Assembly (NCBI GenBank): GCA_046485075.1
Contig: JAWOHR010000063.1
Location: forward strand, 1,521-65,520
From: Bacteroidales bacterium
Lineage (GTDB): Bacteria; Bacteroidota; Bacteroidia; Bacteroidales; GCA-2748055
Direction: 5' to 3'
Length of the DNA stretch: 64,000 nucleotides
Below are positions 6,414-15,918 of this stretch, piece after piece. Made by a program: the position numbers and the translations under genes. Below the pieces are notes generated by a model, which made no database searches, was not told where the DNA came from, and was given only the letters and a program-made list of their open reading frames with translations. Position 1 is the first letter of the stretch; each line of letters opens with the position of its first letter.

Positions 6414-7550
6414 ATGGAATGTCAGAAACATCTTTTTCAGATACCCGAAGGGATACACTACCTGAATTGTGCCTATATGTCTCCGCTTCTCAGGTCGGTT
6501 GAGGAGAAAGGCATGGAAGGAATGCGTTTGAAACGAAACCCCGTTGCCATTAAACCGGTTGATTTTTTTACCGGGGTTGTGGGTATCAGGGAGAAATTTG
6601 GACGAATGGTTAACTGTCCTTCCTCCCAGGTTGCCTATATGCCTTCGGTTTCATACGGGATGAACAGCGTTATTACAAACATACCGTATGTAAGAGGTCA
6701 GCATGCACTGACCATCTCCGAAGAGTTTCCAAGCTGTTACTACTCGGCTCAGAGGTGGTGCAAAACGCATGGGGCGGAATTAAGGGTAGTGGCCCGAAAG
6801 GAGGATGTCCCGGAGAGGGCGAAGGATTGGAACGAGCGGATTCTCGGGGCCATTGGAACCGGGACTGCTTTCGTGGTGATGGCTTCCGTGCACTGGATGA
6901 ACGGTACCAAATTTGATCTGGAGCGGATTGGCGCCAAGTGTAAGGAGGTGGGGGCAAGGTTCATCGTGGATGGTTCGCAATCGGTCGGAGCCCTTCCCAT
7001 GGATGTCAAAAGATTCAACATTTCGGCACTGGTTTGTGCGGCATATAAATGGCTGATGGGGCCCTATTCAACAGCCATATCTTTTATCCACGAGGATTTT
7101 AATGATGGGATCCCGCTTGAGGAGTCGTGGATGACCAGGCCCCATTCAGAGCGGTTTGACAGGCTTACCAATTATGAGCAGGGATATAAGCCTGGAGCAG
7201 TCCGGTTCGACGTGGGGCAGAGCAGTAATTTTATCCTGGTTCCCATGCTCAACGAAGCGCTTGGTCAGCTTCTCGATTGGAGAATCGGGGAAATACAGGA
7301 GTATGCCAGGCAACTGTCAGCACCACTGATCAATTTTTTTCTTGAAAAGGGATCGCTGGTGGAAGATGAATTACACCGGGCTCATCACCTTATGGGTTTG
7401 CCTCTGCCCCCGGGAACCGACGGGGAAGCCCTGGTCGGAAGGCTGCAGTCCCGAAATGTCTATGTCTCCCTGCGCGGAAGCAATATCCGGATCAGTGTAA
7501 GTGTGTTCAATACCGGGGAGGACATCAGGGAGCTGATGGCTTCCCTTTAA
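6414..7550 (+). CDS. class V aminotransferase-fold PLP-dependent enzyme
   Basis: The ORF track starts at TTG 6375, but the ATG at 6414 (MECQKHLFQIPEGIHYLNCAYMSPLL) fits the usual YLN start of this family. The probable PLP-lysine context is CAAYKWLMGPY. The C-terminus VYVSLRGSNIRISVSVFNTGEDIRELM is typical. I saw no catalytic-Cys loop, so it is probably not a cysteine desulfurase. Confidence 0.75.
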   Translation: MECQKHLFQIPEGIHYLNCAYMSPLLRSVEEKGMEGMRLKRNPVAIKPVDFFTGVVGIREKFGRMVNCPSSQVAYMPSVSYGMNSVITNIPYVRGQHALTISEEFPSCYYSAQRWCKTHGAELRVVARKEDVPERAKDWNERILGAIGTGTAFVVMASVHWMNGTKFDLERIGAKCKEVGARFIVDGSQSVGALPMDVKRFNISALVCAAYKWLMGPYSTAISFIHEDFNDGIPLEESWMTRPHSERFDRLTNYEQGYKPGAVRFDVGQSSNFILVPMLNEALGQLLDWRIGEIQEYARQLSAPLINFFLEKGSLVEDELHRAHHLMGLPLPPGTDGEALVGRLQSRNVYVSLRGSNIRISVSVFNTGEDIRELMASL

Positions 7551-9687
7551 GGGCCTCCAGAATCCGTTTGGGTGTGACAGGCATCTGGTAAACCCTGGCT
7601 CCACATGCATCAAAAATAGCATTGGCCAGGGCCCCACCCATGCAAATAATGGCTGGTTCACCTCCTCCCTGGGGAGGTTGGTCCTGCCTGTCAAGGATCA
7701 CGGTATCGATTGTTTCCGGCACCCATGAAAAGAGGGGTAACTGGTAGGTGTCGAAATTGGTGGTGATTACATCTCCGCCTTTAAACTCCACATCTTCTGA
7801 AAGAGCGTATCCCATGCCCATGATTACACAGCCTTCGGCCTGGATAATGCTACCCTGAGGATTCACACACAATCCCATATCTTGAGAACATACAGCCCTA
7901 ATTGGTTGGACCTTACCTGTTTTTTCATTAACTTTTACTTCAATCATCACAGCGACCCATGTTCCTGCATCGGTTCCGCATGCCATACCTATTCCGCGGC
8001 CACTGGGACCTGCTTTGGGTGTATAACCAAATTTTTCCTTAAGGGCTTCAATGACGGCAATCATTTTTTCATCGGCCAGGTTATTGAGCCTGAATTGCAC
8101 CGGGTCGATTCCGGATTTGGCTGCAAGGATATCTATCTGTGACTCCCTAGCAAAGGTATTCGTGTTGTTGGCTGGTGCCCTCCATGCTCCGGTTGAGAAT
8201 GGGTGAACAGGAGTTCCCCGTTTTGCATCAATACCCGTTGTCAGCGAATTTGGAACATTGTAAATGGTATCGGAACCCCTGTTCCCGGCAAAATATTGTT
8301 TGTAATCCCAAAGGGCGATCTTCCCTTCGCGGGTAATACCGGATTTAATTTTTACCACGGCTGCCGGTCTGAAATAGTCCATGAAGAACTCTTCCTCCCG
8401 CGTATAGGCGACCATCACAGGTTTTTTAGCCAGCTTGGAGATCCTGGCTGCCTCGATGGCCTGGGGGTGATAAATTTTCCCTCCGAAACCTCCACCCAGG
8501 AAAGGCGAGATTACCCTTACATCATCAAGCTCCATCTCCAGTTTACCGGCGATTTCATCCTGTGCCCCAAATGGGGACTGAGTCGAGGCCCATACGGTTA
8601 CCTTTGAACCTTCCCAATGTGCAAAGGCTGCATGAGGTTCAATTGGAGAATGGGCCACATATCCATCATGGAATTCACTCTCGATGATCTCGTCGGAGAT
8701 TGCCTCGCCCTCCGCAATACTGCCTGAGCTGCGCACCTCGCGGCTTTCGGATGGGGCATTCAGCAGGTATTGGAAAATGGAATGATGGTCCACATCCAGG
8801 TCATCGGGACTAAATTCAGCTGTGATCAATCCGAGGGCCTCTTCCGCTTTATCCCAGGATTCGTGCAAAACCGCTACCAACTCTCCATCCCGGACCACCT
8901 GAACTCCATCCAGCTTCTCCGCTTCGGAATAATCTACGGAAACCAATTTGGACAGGTGAGAAGGAGGGCGCAATACTTTGGCGTAGACCATGCCCGGTAA
9001 CTTGAGATCCCCTGTATATTCAGCTTTTCCTGTTACTTTGAGCATTGCATCCGAATGCCGGAGCGATTGTCCGACGTAATGAAACTCAGTGTGACTCTTT
9101 ACCGCGGGCTTTTCAACCATGAATCGTTCAATTCGCTGTCCCCTGGCAAGCGCACCATAGGTCACATTTTTATCTGGATCGGATCGTCCACTGATGATTC
9201 CCTTGTGAACCTGGAGATTTTCCACAGGAATACCAAGTTGTTCGGAACCCATCTGAAGCAGGACTGCTCTTGCCTCGGCACCTGCAGCACGTAAATAATG
9301 GCTGAATTCCCTTGTGGTAAGGGATCCCCAGGTTCCTGCATCCCATGGGCACAGCAAGGTATCTCCCATCACCATTTTTACCGATTCCAGGGCTACATCG
9401 AGCTCATCGGCGATTTGCTGGGGCAATGACGTGATGGGACCCTGTCCCATCTCAATTTTCCCCACATGGCAATACACAGTTCCATCCTCATCGATCCTCA
9501 GGAAAGCGTTATAGTCTTTTGGGACTTCCCGGCGCTGGGCCAATGGCATGGCCATGAGTCCGGATGTATTTCCGGTTCCGAAGTAAACAATAATCCCGCC
9601 ACCGAGCAGGGTGAGGAAATCCCTTCTTTTGATTTCCAGCTTGTCTTTCGTGGTGGCTAATCCCTCTATTTTTCTGTTTCGTTTCAT
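7525..9687 (-). CDS. xanthine dehydrogenase-family molybdopterin-binding large subunit (IorB/aldehyde oxidoreductase-like), Tat-exported
   Basis: 720 aa with the twin-arginine motif KRRDFLTLLGGGIIV at the N-terminus. Aldehyde oxidase/xanthine dehydrogenase-type segments run throughout (GGGFGGK, SPIEPH). It sits 3 bp downstream of the 2Fe-2S subunit gene. Confidence 0.85.
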   Translation of the reverse strand: MKRNRKIEGLATTKDKLEIKRRDFLTLLGGGIIVYFGTGNTSGLMAMPLAQRREVPKDYNAFLRIDEDGTVYCHVGKIEMGQGPITSLPQQIADELDVALESVKMVMGDTLLCPWDAGTWGSLTTREFSHYLRAAGAEARAVLLQMGSEQLGIPVENLQVHKGIISGRSDPDKNVTYGALARGQRIERFMVEKPAVKSHTEFHYVGQSLRHSDAMLKVTGKAEYTGDLKLPGMVYAKVLRPPSHLSKLVSVDYSEAEKLDGVQVVRDGELVAVLHESWDKAEEALGLITAEFSPDDLDVDHHSIFQYLLNAPSESREVRSSGSIAEGEAISDEIIESEFHDGYVAHSPIEPHAAFAHWEGSKVTVWASTQSPFGAQDEIAGKLEMELDDVRVISPFLGGGFGGKIYHPQAIEAARISKLAKKPVMVAYTREEEFFMDYFRPAAVVKIKSGITREGKIALWDYKQYFAGNRGSDTIYNVPNSLTTGIDAKRGTPVHPFSTGAWRAPANNTNTFARESQIDILAAKSGIDPVQFRLNNLADEKMIAVIEALKEKFGYTPKAGPSGRGIGMACGTDAGTWVAVMIEVKVNEKTGKVQPIRAVCSQDMGLCVNPQGSIIQAEGCVIMGMGYALSEDVEFKGGDVITTNFDTYQLPLFSWVPETIDTVILDRQDQPPQGGGEPAIICMGGALANAIFDACGARVYQMPVTPKRILEALKGKPSAP

Positions 9688-9689
9688 CG

Positions 9690-10169
9690 CTATTTTCCTC
9701 CTTTCATCTCCCGGCCAGCAGCCTGGATGGCTTCAATGATCCTGATTTGGGCTCCGCACCTGCAGAGGTTGTCCTCCATCCCCTGGATTACCTCCTGTCG
9801 GGTGGGTTCCGGGTTTTTGATCAGAAGCCCGTAGGCATTCATGATCATTCCCGGTGTACAGAAACCGCACTGAAGGGCATCATTCTCCACAAATGCCTTT
9901 TGAATGGGATGTAGCTCCCCATTGGTGGCAAGGCCCTCAATGGTGATGATTGAACTGTCTGAGATCTCATTCACCTTGAGAGTGCAGGAACGAACCGCTT
10001 CATTATTCATAATGATGGTACAAGCTCCGCAGTATCCGGATCCGCAACCATACTTGGTCCCGGTCAGACCAAATTGATCCCTCAATACCCACAGAAGGGT
10101 AAGGGTCGGGTCGATTGTGATTTCAGTTTTTTTACCGTTCAGGGTAAACCGGATGATTTCTTCCTTCAT
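9690..10169 (-). CDS. (2Fe-2S)-binding small subunit of the molybdenum hydroxylase
   Basis: 159 aa with both cluster motifs: CGSGYCGACTIIMNNEAVRSC, and CGFCTPGMIM ... CRCG. Confidence 0.9.
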   Translation of the reverse strand: MKEEIIRFTLNGKKTEITIDPTLTLLWVLRDQFGLTGTKYGCGSGYCGACTIIMNNEAVRSCTLKVNEISDSSIITIEGLATNGELHPIQKAFVENDALQCGFCTPGMIMNAYGLLIKNPEPTRQEVIQGMEDNLCRCGAQIRIIEAIQAAGREMKGGK

Positions 10170-10789
10170 AGTACTTCATTTTTTTTTGCTATTGAATATT
10201 CTTCAGGGGTATCAATATCCAGGAGGATACCCGGTGCGTCTATTTCCACCTCGAGTACATCCTCCGGAAATTGGAGCATTAGGGCGCGCAACCCCTTCTC
10301 CGGGTCGAGTTTTTCAATCTCACTTTTATATTTGAAATCGACAAGTAAAGGGTGACCGCGCCTTTGATGGGTAACAGGTATGACGATTCCGTAAATGGAT
10401 TCATGGCAGGCTTTCAACAGGGTATCGGTAACACGGGGTGAGATTCCGGGCTGGTCGCCGAGGAAAACCAGAACGGTTCCTGTATCATCGGGGAGGGCAT
10501 TAAATCCGCATATCACCGATGAAAGCATTCCTGACTGGTGATTTTTGTTGATACATACCTCCACCGGCCAAGGTTTTATTACCTCAAGAATCTCATCATG
10601 GTTTGCGCCAAGAACCACCAGGATACTTTCCACCGACGACGAGAGGATGTTCTGTATCACTGTCTCCAGGATGGTGCTGTTTCCATAGGGGAGCAGCATC
10701 TTTTGGGTGCCCATCCGCCTTGATGAACCGGCTGCAAGTATGATAGCCCGGTTTTTAAGCATGGCCGGTTTGTTTTTTTGCTCTTTCAC
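10166..10789 (-). CDS. MobA-like NTP transferase; molybdenum cofactor cytidylyltransferase (MocA-like)
   Basis: 207 aa. AIILAAGSSRRMGTQKMLLP is the MobA/MocA glycine-rich start. The gene overlaps both neighbouring genes. The true start may be the internal MLKNRAI at about 10762. Confidence 0.75.
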   Translation of the reverse strand: MKEQKNKPAMLKNRAIILAAGSSRRMGTQKMLLPYGNSTILETVIQNILSSSVESILVVLGANHDEILEVIKPWPVEVCINKNHQSGMLSSVICGFNALPDDTGTVLVFLGDQPGISPRVTDTLLKACHESIYGIVIPVTHQRRGHPLLVDFKYKSEIEKLDPEKGLRALMLQFPEDVLEVEIDAPGILLDIDTPEEYSIAKKNEVL

Positions 10790-11828
10790 TTACCAGTTGT
10801 GCAGCGATGCTGGTTACAATCTCCTGGACTGTTTTTGATCCAATGGGAATTCCAATGGGTGAATGCACCCTGTCCCACTGTTCTTCGGTGGCGAGGCCAT
10901 TCTCAATAAAATTCTTTTTTACGATAGCTACCTTGTGCCTGCTGCCAATCATTCCCAGGTAAGCTGCTCCCGAACCGATGCACGGTTTAAGGGCTTCAGC
11001 ATCATTTGTGTGGTCGCGGGTGACAATGACGATGTAGGTCTCCGCTCCTTTCTCTATTTCCGACATGGCCAACCCTATATCTTTTACAATGAAGTGATCA
11101 GCGTCGGGTATGTTTTCCATGCAGGCGAACTCCTGCCGGTCATCGATCATGGTGATCTCAAAATCCAGCAGGCTGGCCAGGTGGGCCAGTGCCCTGCCTA
11201 CATGCCCGGCACCAGCTATAACGAGGTGTGGCATTGGTTTGATAGCCTCAATAAACAGGTGCTGTTTTCCGCCCTCGGATAAAGACGGGAGATCTGTTTC
11301 GATGAACCCATTCCCTGTTATTGCAGCGAGGCAGGCCTTAATGGATTGCCATTGCGTGGTAGTCACATCGCCGGGCATTCTGGAATGCTCCTGCTCGCTG
11401 ATCCAGAAACGTCTGATGGAAAAATCCTGACCAGGCTCTTTTGATACCATGGTACATATGTGTCCGGAAATACGTTTGGAAAGAGCCTTGGCCATTTCTT
11501 CCAGGGCAATCCTGTGCAGGTCCGGGTTTGCATCCACCAGCACTTCTGCCTCCCCGCCGCAAATGGCCCCTGCTGTTTCAGAGTCCGAATCGAGGTTAAA
11601 GTAGTACTGGCCTGAAGTCCCGGAGATCAGGGCGTGTTGGGCAATTTGCCCGACATCTCCTTCCAGCCGTCCTCCCCCGATGGTTCCGGCAATAAGGCCC
11701 TTCTCACAAAACAAGGCGGAGCTCCCGGGTTTTTGTGGAGTGGAACCGGAGGTTTTGACCACCGTTGCGAGTACAACCGGCTCCCCGGATTGAATGTATT
11801 CCAGTAACTGACGATGGATGTTTTTCAT
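10755..11828 (-). CDS. XdhC family molybdoenzyme maturation factor
   Basis: 357 aa. The XdhC/CoxI N-terminal segment (PVVLATVVKTSGSTPQKPGS) is followed by a Rossmann segment (LVIAGAGHVGRALAHLASLLDFEITMIDDR). Confidence 0.85.
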   Translation of the reverse strand: MKNIHRQLLEYIQSGEPVVLATVVKTSGSTPQKPGSSALFCEKGLIAGTIGGGRLEGDVGQIAQHALISGTSGQYYFNLDSDSETAGAICGGEAEVLVDANPDLHRIALEEMAKALSKRISGHICTMVSKEPGQDFSIRRFWISEQEHSRMPGDVTTTQWQSIKACLAAITGNGFIETDLPSLSEGGKQHLFIEAIKPMPHLVIAGAGHVGRALAHLASLLDFEITMIDDRQEFACMENIPDADHFIVKDIGLAMSEIEKGAETYIVIVTRDHTNDAEALKPCIGSGAAYLGMIGSRHKVAIVKKNFIENGLATEEQWDRVHSPIGIPIGSKTVQEIVTSIAAQLVSERAKKQTGHA

Positions 11829-11881
11829 TCCACCCTGATTGAAGTTTTAGCATGATAAATATAAACTATTAATAACAAATA

Positions 11882-12949
11882 GTGAGCAGTGTTGTTAATT
11901 CCCTAAAGAGGAAAATGAAAATGGATAAAAACGCAGTTAAGGCTGTAAAGCCACTTGGATTTCCATGGGAAACACAGGATCCGTTTCTTTTTTGTGTTTA
12001 CCATGCAGATCATTATCCCCGGGGGAATGAGGATTTTGGTCCCGACACCAGCCTGGAGGGAAGGAATATCGGAAATGACTTTGTCATCAAAGATGGGTTT
12101 CGAATGTATCACGGCACAAGGGTACCGGGTTTCCCGGTACATCCACACCGGGGATTTGAAACGGTTACCGTTGTAAGAAAAGGAATGGTGGATCATTCCG
12201 ATTCAAAAGGTGGTGCCGGCCGGTATGGCCATGGAGATGTTCAATGGATGACTGCCGGGAAGGGGATTCAGCATGCCGAGATGTTTCCCCTGCTGAACAG
12301 GGAGGAGGAGAATTCGCTTGAACTGTTCCAGATCTGGCTCAACCTTCCCGGTGCCGACAAATTTGTTGAGCCTCATTATTCCATGTTGTGGGCTGAACAG
12401 ATTCCGGTAATTGATATGGTGGATCAGGGTGGGCTTAAAACGACCATCGAATTGGTTGCCGGAAATGTGGGAGCCCATTTATCTTTAGATCCGGCGCCCA
12501 ACTCCTGGGCAGCTGACCGGGACCACGAAGTGGGTATATGGGTTGTGGAGATGGATCCGGGTGCAAAATGGAGTCTTCCAAAGGCCGGTAAGGGTGTAAA
12601 CCGCAGCCTTTACTTCTTTGAGGGAGCCTCCCTTGTTCTCAATGGAGCCTCCTTCGATAAGCATTGTACCATCGAGCTGGAGGCACACATGGATGTTCAC
12701 CTTGAAAATGGATCACTGAAGGGCCGTTTTCTGCTCCTGCAGGGGGCTCCAATCAATGAGCCGGTGGTGAACTACGGGCCCTTTGTAATGAACACGCGGG
12801 AGGAGATCCAACAGACTTTCGCGGACTACCAGGAGACCCGTTTTGGTGGCTGGCCCTGGCCAAAGGATGATCAGGTTCATGGTCGTGACCAGGGGAGGTT
12901 TGCAAGGTTTACCGACGGGAGGGAAGAATTTCCTCCTTCCAGGGTGTAG
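11882..12949 (+). CDS. pirin family protein
   Basis: The motif HPHRGFETVTVVRKGMVDHSDSKGGAGRYGHGDVQWMTAGKGIQHAEM is the pirin N-terminal cupin signature. The real start is possibly the downstream MKMDK. Confidence 0.85.
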   Translation: MSSVVNSLKRKMKMDKNAVKAVKPLGFPWETQDPFLFCVYHADHYPRGNEDFGPDTSLEGRNIGNDFVIKDGFRMYHGTRVPGFPVHPHRGFETVTVVRKGMVDHSDSKGGAGRYGHGDVQWMTAGKGIQHAEMFPLLNREEENSLELFQIWLNLPGADKFVEPHYSMLWAEQIPVIDMVDQGGLKTTIELVAGNVGAHLSLDPAPNSWAADRDHEVGIWVVEMDPGAKWSLPKAGKGVNRSLYFFEGASLVLNGASFDKHCTIELEAHMDVHLENGSLKGRFLLLQGAPINEPVVNYGPFVMNTREEIQQTFADYQETRFGGWPWPKDDQVHGRDQGRFARFTDGREEFPPSRV

Positions 12950-12951
12950 GT

Positions 12952-14547
12952 CTATTCGAACAGCAGCCAGGATTCGGGATCGAGAACAATTTCAGAGGGT
13001 TTGACGGAGGAAGGGATTTTAAAAGTCTCTTTCTGCTGTGAAATGTTAAACCTCTGCTCGATGAAAGAACCATTTCTCAATTCAAATCTGACTTCCAGGG
13101 GAAATTGAAAAAGTTGTTGCTGCTGTTTCTGTCGGATCGTTAGACGGATTTGTCCTTTTTTGTACTTGCAGGCCTCAGAGAGAAAAGGGTGACCCGCTGT
13201 AAAGAACCATTGCTGGAAAAACACTTTGAAATCGCGGCCTGACAATTGCTCCACAACCTGCAGGAAATCGTTAGTCAGGGCGTTGTCATATTTAAAATCG
13301 TTGTAAAAGGTGCGAAGGCAATGCTGGAACAGTTCATCGCCCAGCTCATGGCGTAACATATGAAGTACCCATGCCGCCTTTTCATAACTGTTTTTGTTCA
13401 ATAGTTTAACCGATACCGGAAGGGTGGTATCCACGATGGGAGTAAGTCTTTGCCTGGCAAACTCCAGGACCTGCCTTTTTTCATCAAGCATAGAGGCCAC
13501 GAAAGCATCACGTCCATATTCGCTTTCAATATAAAGATCAGTCAGATAGGTTGAAAAACCTTCACTGATCCAAACATGGTGCCAGTCAAGTTCCGAAACT
13601 GCATCCCCGTACCACTGGTGAGCAATTTCATGGGCGAACAGCAGCTCACTGTCCCGTTTCCCGGTTACAGTTCTTTCATGATAGAAGATGCAGCTGGCAT
13701 TCTCCATCCCTCCATACCTGGTTTTCGACTGTACATTGGCAAGCTTGGAATAGGGATAGGGTGCAATATATTTTTCGAAAAAATTCATCGGGCTGATGGC
13801 TACCTTGTAGTCGTAAAAGCCAGCATCCCTGTTCTGGGGGTAAACCCAGGTTGAGATGGGAATTCCTGACGAGCTTTCAAAGTATTCAACCTCGAAAGGA
13901 CTTACCCCGATTACCATCAGTTTGGTGGAGATGGGAACGTTCATCACCCAATGGGTAGTGATCCGCTGCTCATCCCGGATTTCACTTGTTTTTGAGCCTA
14001 TGGAAACAATCCCATAATGTGAGGGCGCATCCACAACAAATTCAACGGTGGCTTTATCCGAAGGATGATCCACTAACGGAAGCCAGTTGTGAGCCCTGTC
14101 GGGCCAATTATCACCAAAGAAAGTACGGTCACCGAATTTGTTTTTCGAAATGATCAGACCGTCGGCCGGGACTCCATGGTATTCAATCAGAAATTTCCTG
14201 GCTGCTCCCTCCCGGATTCCTTTCACCTGAAATTGCACCTTGTTATTTTCATGGATAAAAGGCACCTCATCACCATTTTCAGTAATCCGATCAATTTTCA
14301 TTCCGCCGCCATCGGGTTTAAGATTGACCAGATCGAGGCTGAAACCCGGTACCTCCGTTTTGAAATGGATCTCCACTTCAGCTTTACCGGAGATGACATC
14401 ATTGGTGTCGTTGAGTTCAAGCTCGAAGCGATAGTGCTGAACATCCATGGTATTCCACCGGTCATTATGATGCTGTCCGGTTATGGGAAGGCCCGAAAGA
14501 ATTCCAAAAAAGAGGAGAGCTGATAACGATTTGAATTTCTTATTCAT
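12952..14547 (-). CDS. M1 family metallopeptidase (aminopeptidase N-like)
   Basis: HEIAHQWYGD (HEXXH) followed by WISEGFSTY. I moved the start from 14625 to MNKKFKSLSALLFFGILSG, a plausible signal peptide. Confidence 0.85.
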   Translation of the reverse strand: MNKKFKSLSALLFFGILSGLPITGQHHNDRWNTMDVQHYRFELELNDTNDVISGKAEVEIHFKTEVPGFSLDLVNLKPDGGGMKIDRITENGDEVPFIHENNKVQFQVKGIREGAARKFLIEYHGVPADGLIISKNKFGDRTFFGDNWPDRAHNWLPLVDHPSDKATVEFVVDAPSHYGIVSIGSKTSEIRDEQRITTHWVMNVPISTKLMVIGVSPFEVEYFESSSGIPISTWVYPQNRDAGFYDYKVAISPMNFFEKYIAPYPYSKLANVQSKTRYGGMENASCIFYHERTVTGKRDSELLFAHEIAHQWYGDAVSELDWHHVWISEGFSTYLTDLYIESEYGRDAFVASMLDEKRQVLEFARQRLTPIVDTTLPVSVKLLNKNSYEKAAWVLHMLRHELGDELFQHCLRTFYNDFKYDNALTNDFLQVVEQLSGRDFKVFFQQWFFTAGHPFLSEACKYKKGQIRLTIRQKQQQQLFQFPLEVRFELRNGSFIEQRFNISQQKETFKIPSSVKPSEIVLDPESWLLFE

Positions 14548-14917
14548 GAAGAATTGAAGATGTTGATGCAATTTATAAATTATACGATGATGCTGAATCT
14601 TTTGTAGATTTAAGGTATGGATCACAGCTTATTTATGGAACAGGGATAAGAGAAGGGCTATACTGTATCTGCTTCCGCGAAATCCTCCCTTTTTGGTTGC
14701 TTTTGTATTTGGACAGAAGGCGTATGATGTCATCATGGCCAGCAGGGTTTCAGAATTTATAAAACAGGAACTCTCCTCTGCAAGGGTATATGGGGAGGGG
14801 CGAGGCATCCGGTTTCCTTGTCCGGATATGGAATATTTGGAAGATATTTTCCTGCTGCTCAAAATCAAGCTTGCCAATTAAGATTTATCACTATTTTTAT
14901 AGGCTTAATCCAATGGG

Positions 14918-15913
14918 ATGAAAATTCTGGTAACAGGTGGTGGTGGATTTATTGGTATGGCCTTGATCAAGAGATTGATCACAGAGGGTCATAAGGTAAC
15001 AAGTTATTCCCGCCGCGAATACCCTCTGCACTGGGCGCTTGGAATCAGCAGTATTCAGGCTGATATCAGGGACATGGAGGCTTTGGAAAAGGCTTGCAAG
15101 GGAAAGGATGTTGTTTTTCACCTGGCCGCCAAAGTAGCCATCTGGGGGAACTATGAGGAATTCCATTCCATCAATGTAACAGGGACCTTCAATGTGATCA
15201 AGGCGTGCCGTAAACAGGGCGTGGGCCGCGTGGTCTTCACGAGCTCTTCAGGCGTGGTTTTTGATGGATCCGACCTTGAAGGCATTGACGAGACTTATCC
15301 CTACCCGGAGCATCACGGTTCTTATTATGCCTCCACCAAGGCGTTGGCCGAAAGGCTGATCATTGAAGCGAATTCGGAGGAGCTGAAAACCATTTCCCTG
15401 CGCCCCCATCTTGTTTGGGGACCTTATGATGCACACCTTATTCCCGGGATCCTGAAGAGAGTGGGATCAGGCAGAATGAGGCGAATTGGAGACCAGGAGC
15501 ATTTCATTGATACGACCTACATCGATAACATGGTGGATGCCCTCATCCTGGCTGCCAAAGCGCTTGAATCAAATCCAAATGCAGCAGGTAAAGCCCTGTT
15601 CATTACAAACGGAGAACCGGCGAGGGTTTGGGATTTTATCAATTCCATCATCCAGATCGCCGGTCACCCGCCTGTTCAACGAAAGGTTCCGGAAAAGATT
15701 GCCCTGATGGGGGCGGGAATATCGGAGTGGTCCCATAAAGTTTTTAAGATTAAGTCGGAACCTTTTATGACCCGGTATGCCATCCGGGAGATGATTACCA
15801 ACCACTGGTTCGATATTTCAGCGGCTCGTGAGATCCTGGGTTATGAACCGACGATCAGTTATGCTGAAGGTTTTAAGCGATTGAAAGATTATCTGAAAAT
15901 TGGGAAGAGGTAG
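14918..15913 (+). CDS. NAD-dependent epimerase/dehydratase of the 3-beta-hydroxysteroid dehydrogenase family
   Basis: MKILVTGGGGFIGMAL (the GxxGxxG motif), the catalytic YYASTK (YxxxK), and 331 aa overall. Confidence 0.85.
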   Translation: MKILVTGGGGFIGMALIKRLITEGHKVTSYSRREYPLHWALGISSIQADIRDMEALEKACKGKDVVFHLAAKVAIWGNYEEFHSINVTGTFNVIKACRKQGVGRVVFTSSSGVVFDGSDLEGIDETYPYPEHHGSYYASTKALAERLIIEANSEELKTISLRPHLVWGPYDAHLIPGILKRVGSGRMRRIGDQEHFIDTTYIDNMVDALILAAKALESNPNAAGKALFITNGEPARVWDFINSIIQIAGHPPVQRKVPEKIALMGAGISEWSHKVFKIKSEPFMTRYAIREMITNHWFDISAAREILGYEPTISYAEGFKRLKDYLKIGKR

Positions 15914-15918
15914 TACCC

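Noticed and set aside
6414-7550. The class-V-fold PLP enzyme as a NifS-like Moco sulfurase serving the neighbouring molybdenum hydroxylase.
   Set aside because: I could not find a catalytic cysteine loop equivalent to that of SufS, NifS or ABA3. The region reads ELHRAHHLMGLPLPPG. The gene is also convergent with the operon, not co-transcribed with it.
7882-9660. Multiple 60-134-aa plus-strand ORFs inside the molybdopterin subunit gene. Similar antisense ORFs occur inside acs, the cyclase gene, the PorZ-like gene, the PspC gene and others.
   Set aside because: All are nested antisense to long genes with strong family motifs. They are typical shadow ORFs of mid-GC genomes.
14597-14917. Roughly 290 bp between the M1 peptidase and the epimerase gene, containing overlapping 82-aa (minus) and 62-aa (plus, TTG start) ORFs.
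   Set aside because: Neither ORF has a recognisable motif, they overlap each other, and the region is a divergent promoter interval. The evidence is insufficient to call a gene or an ncRNA.
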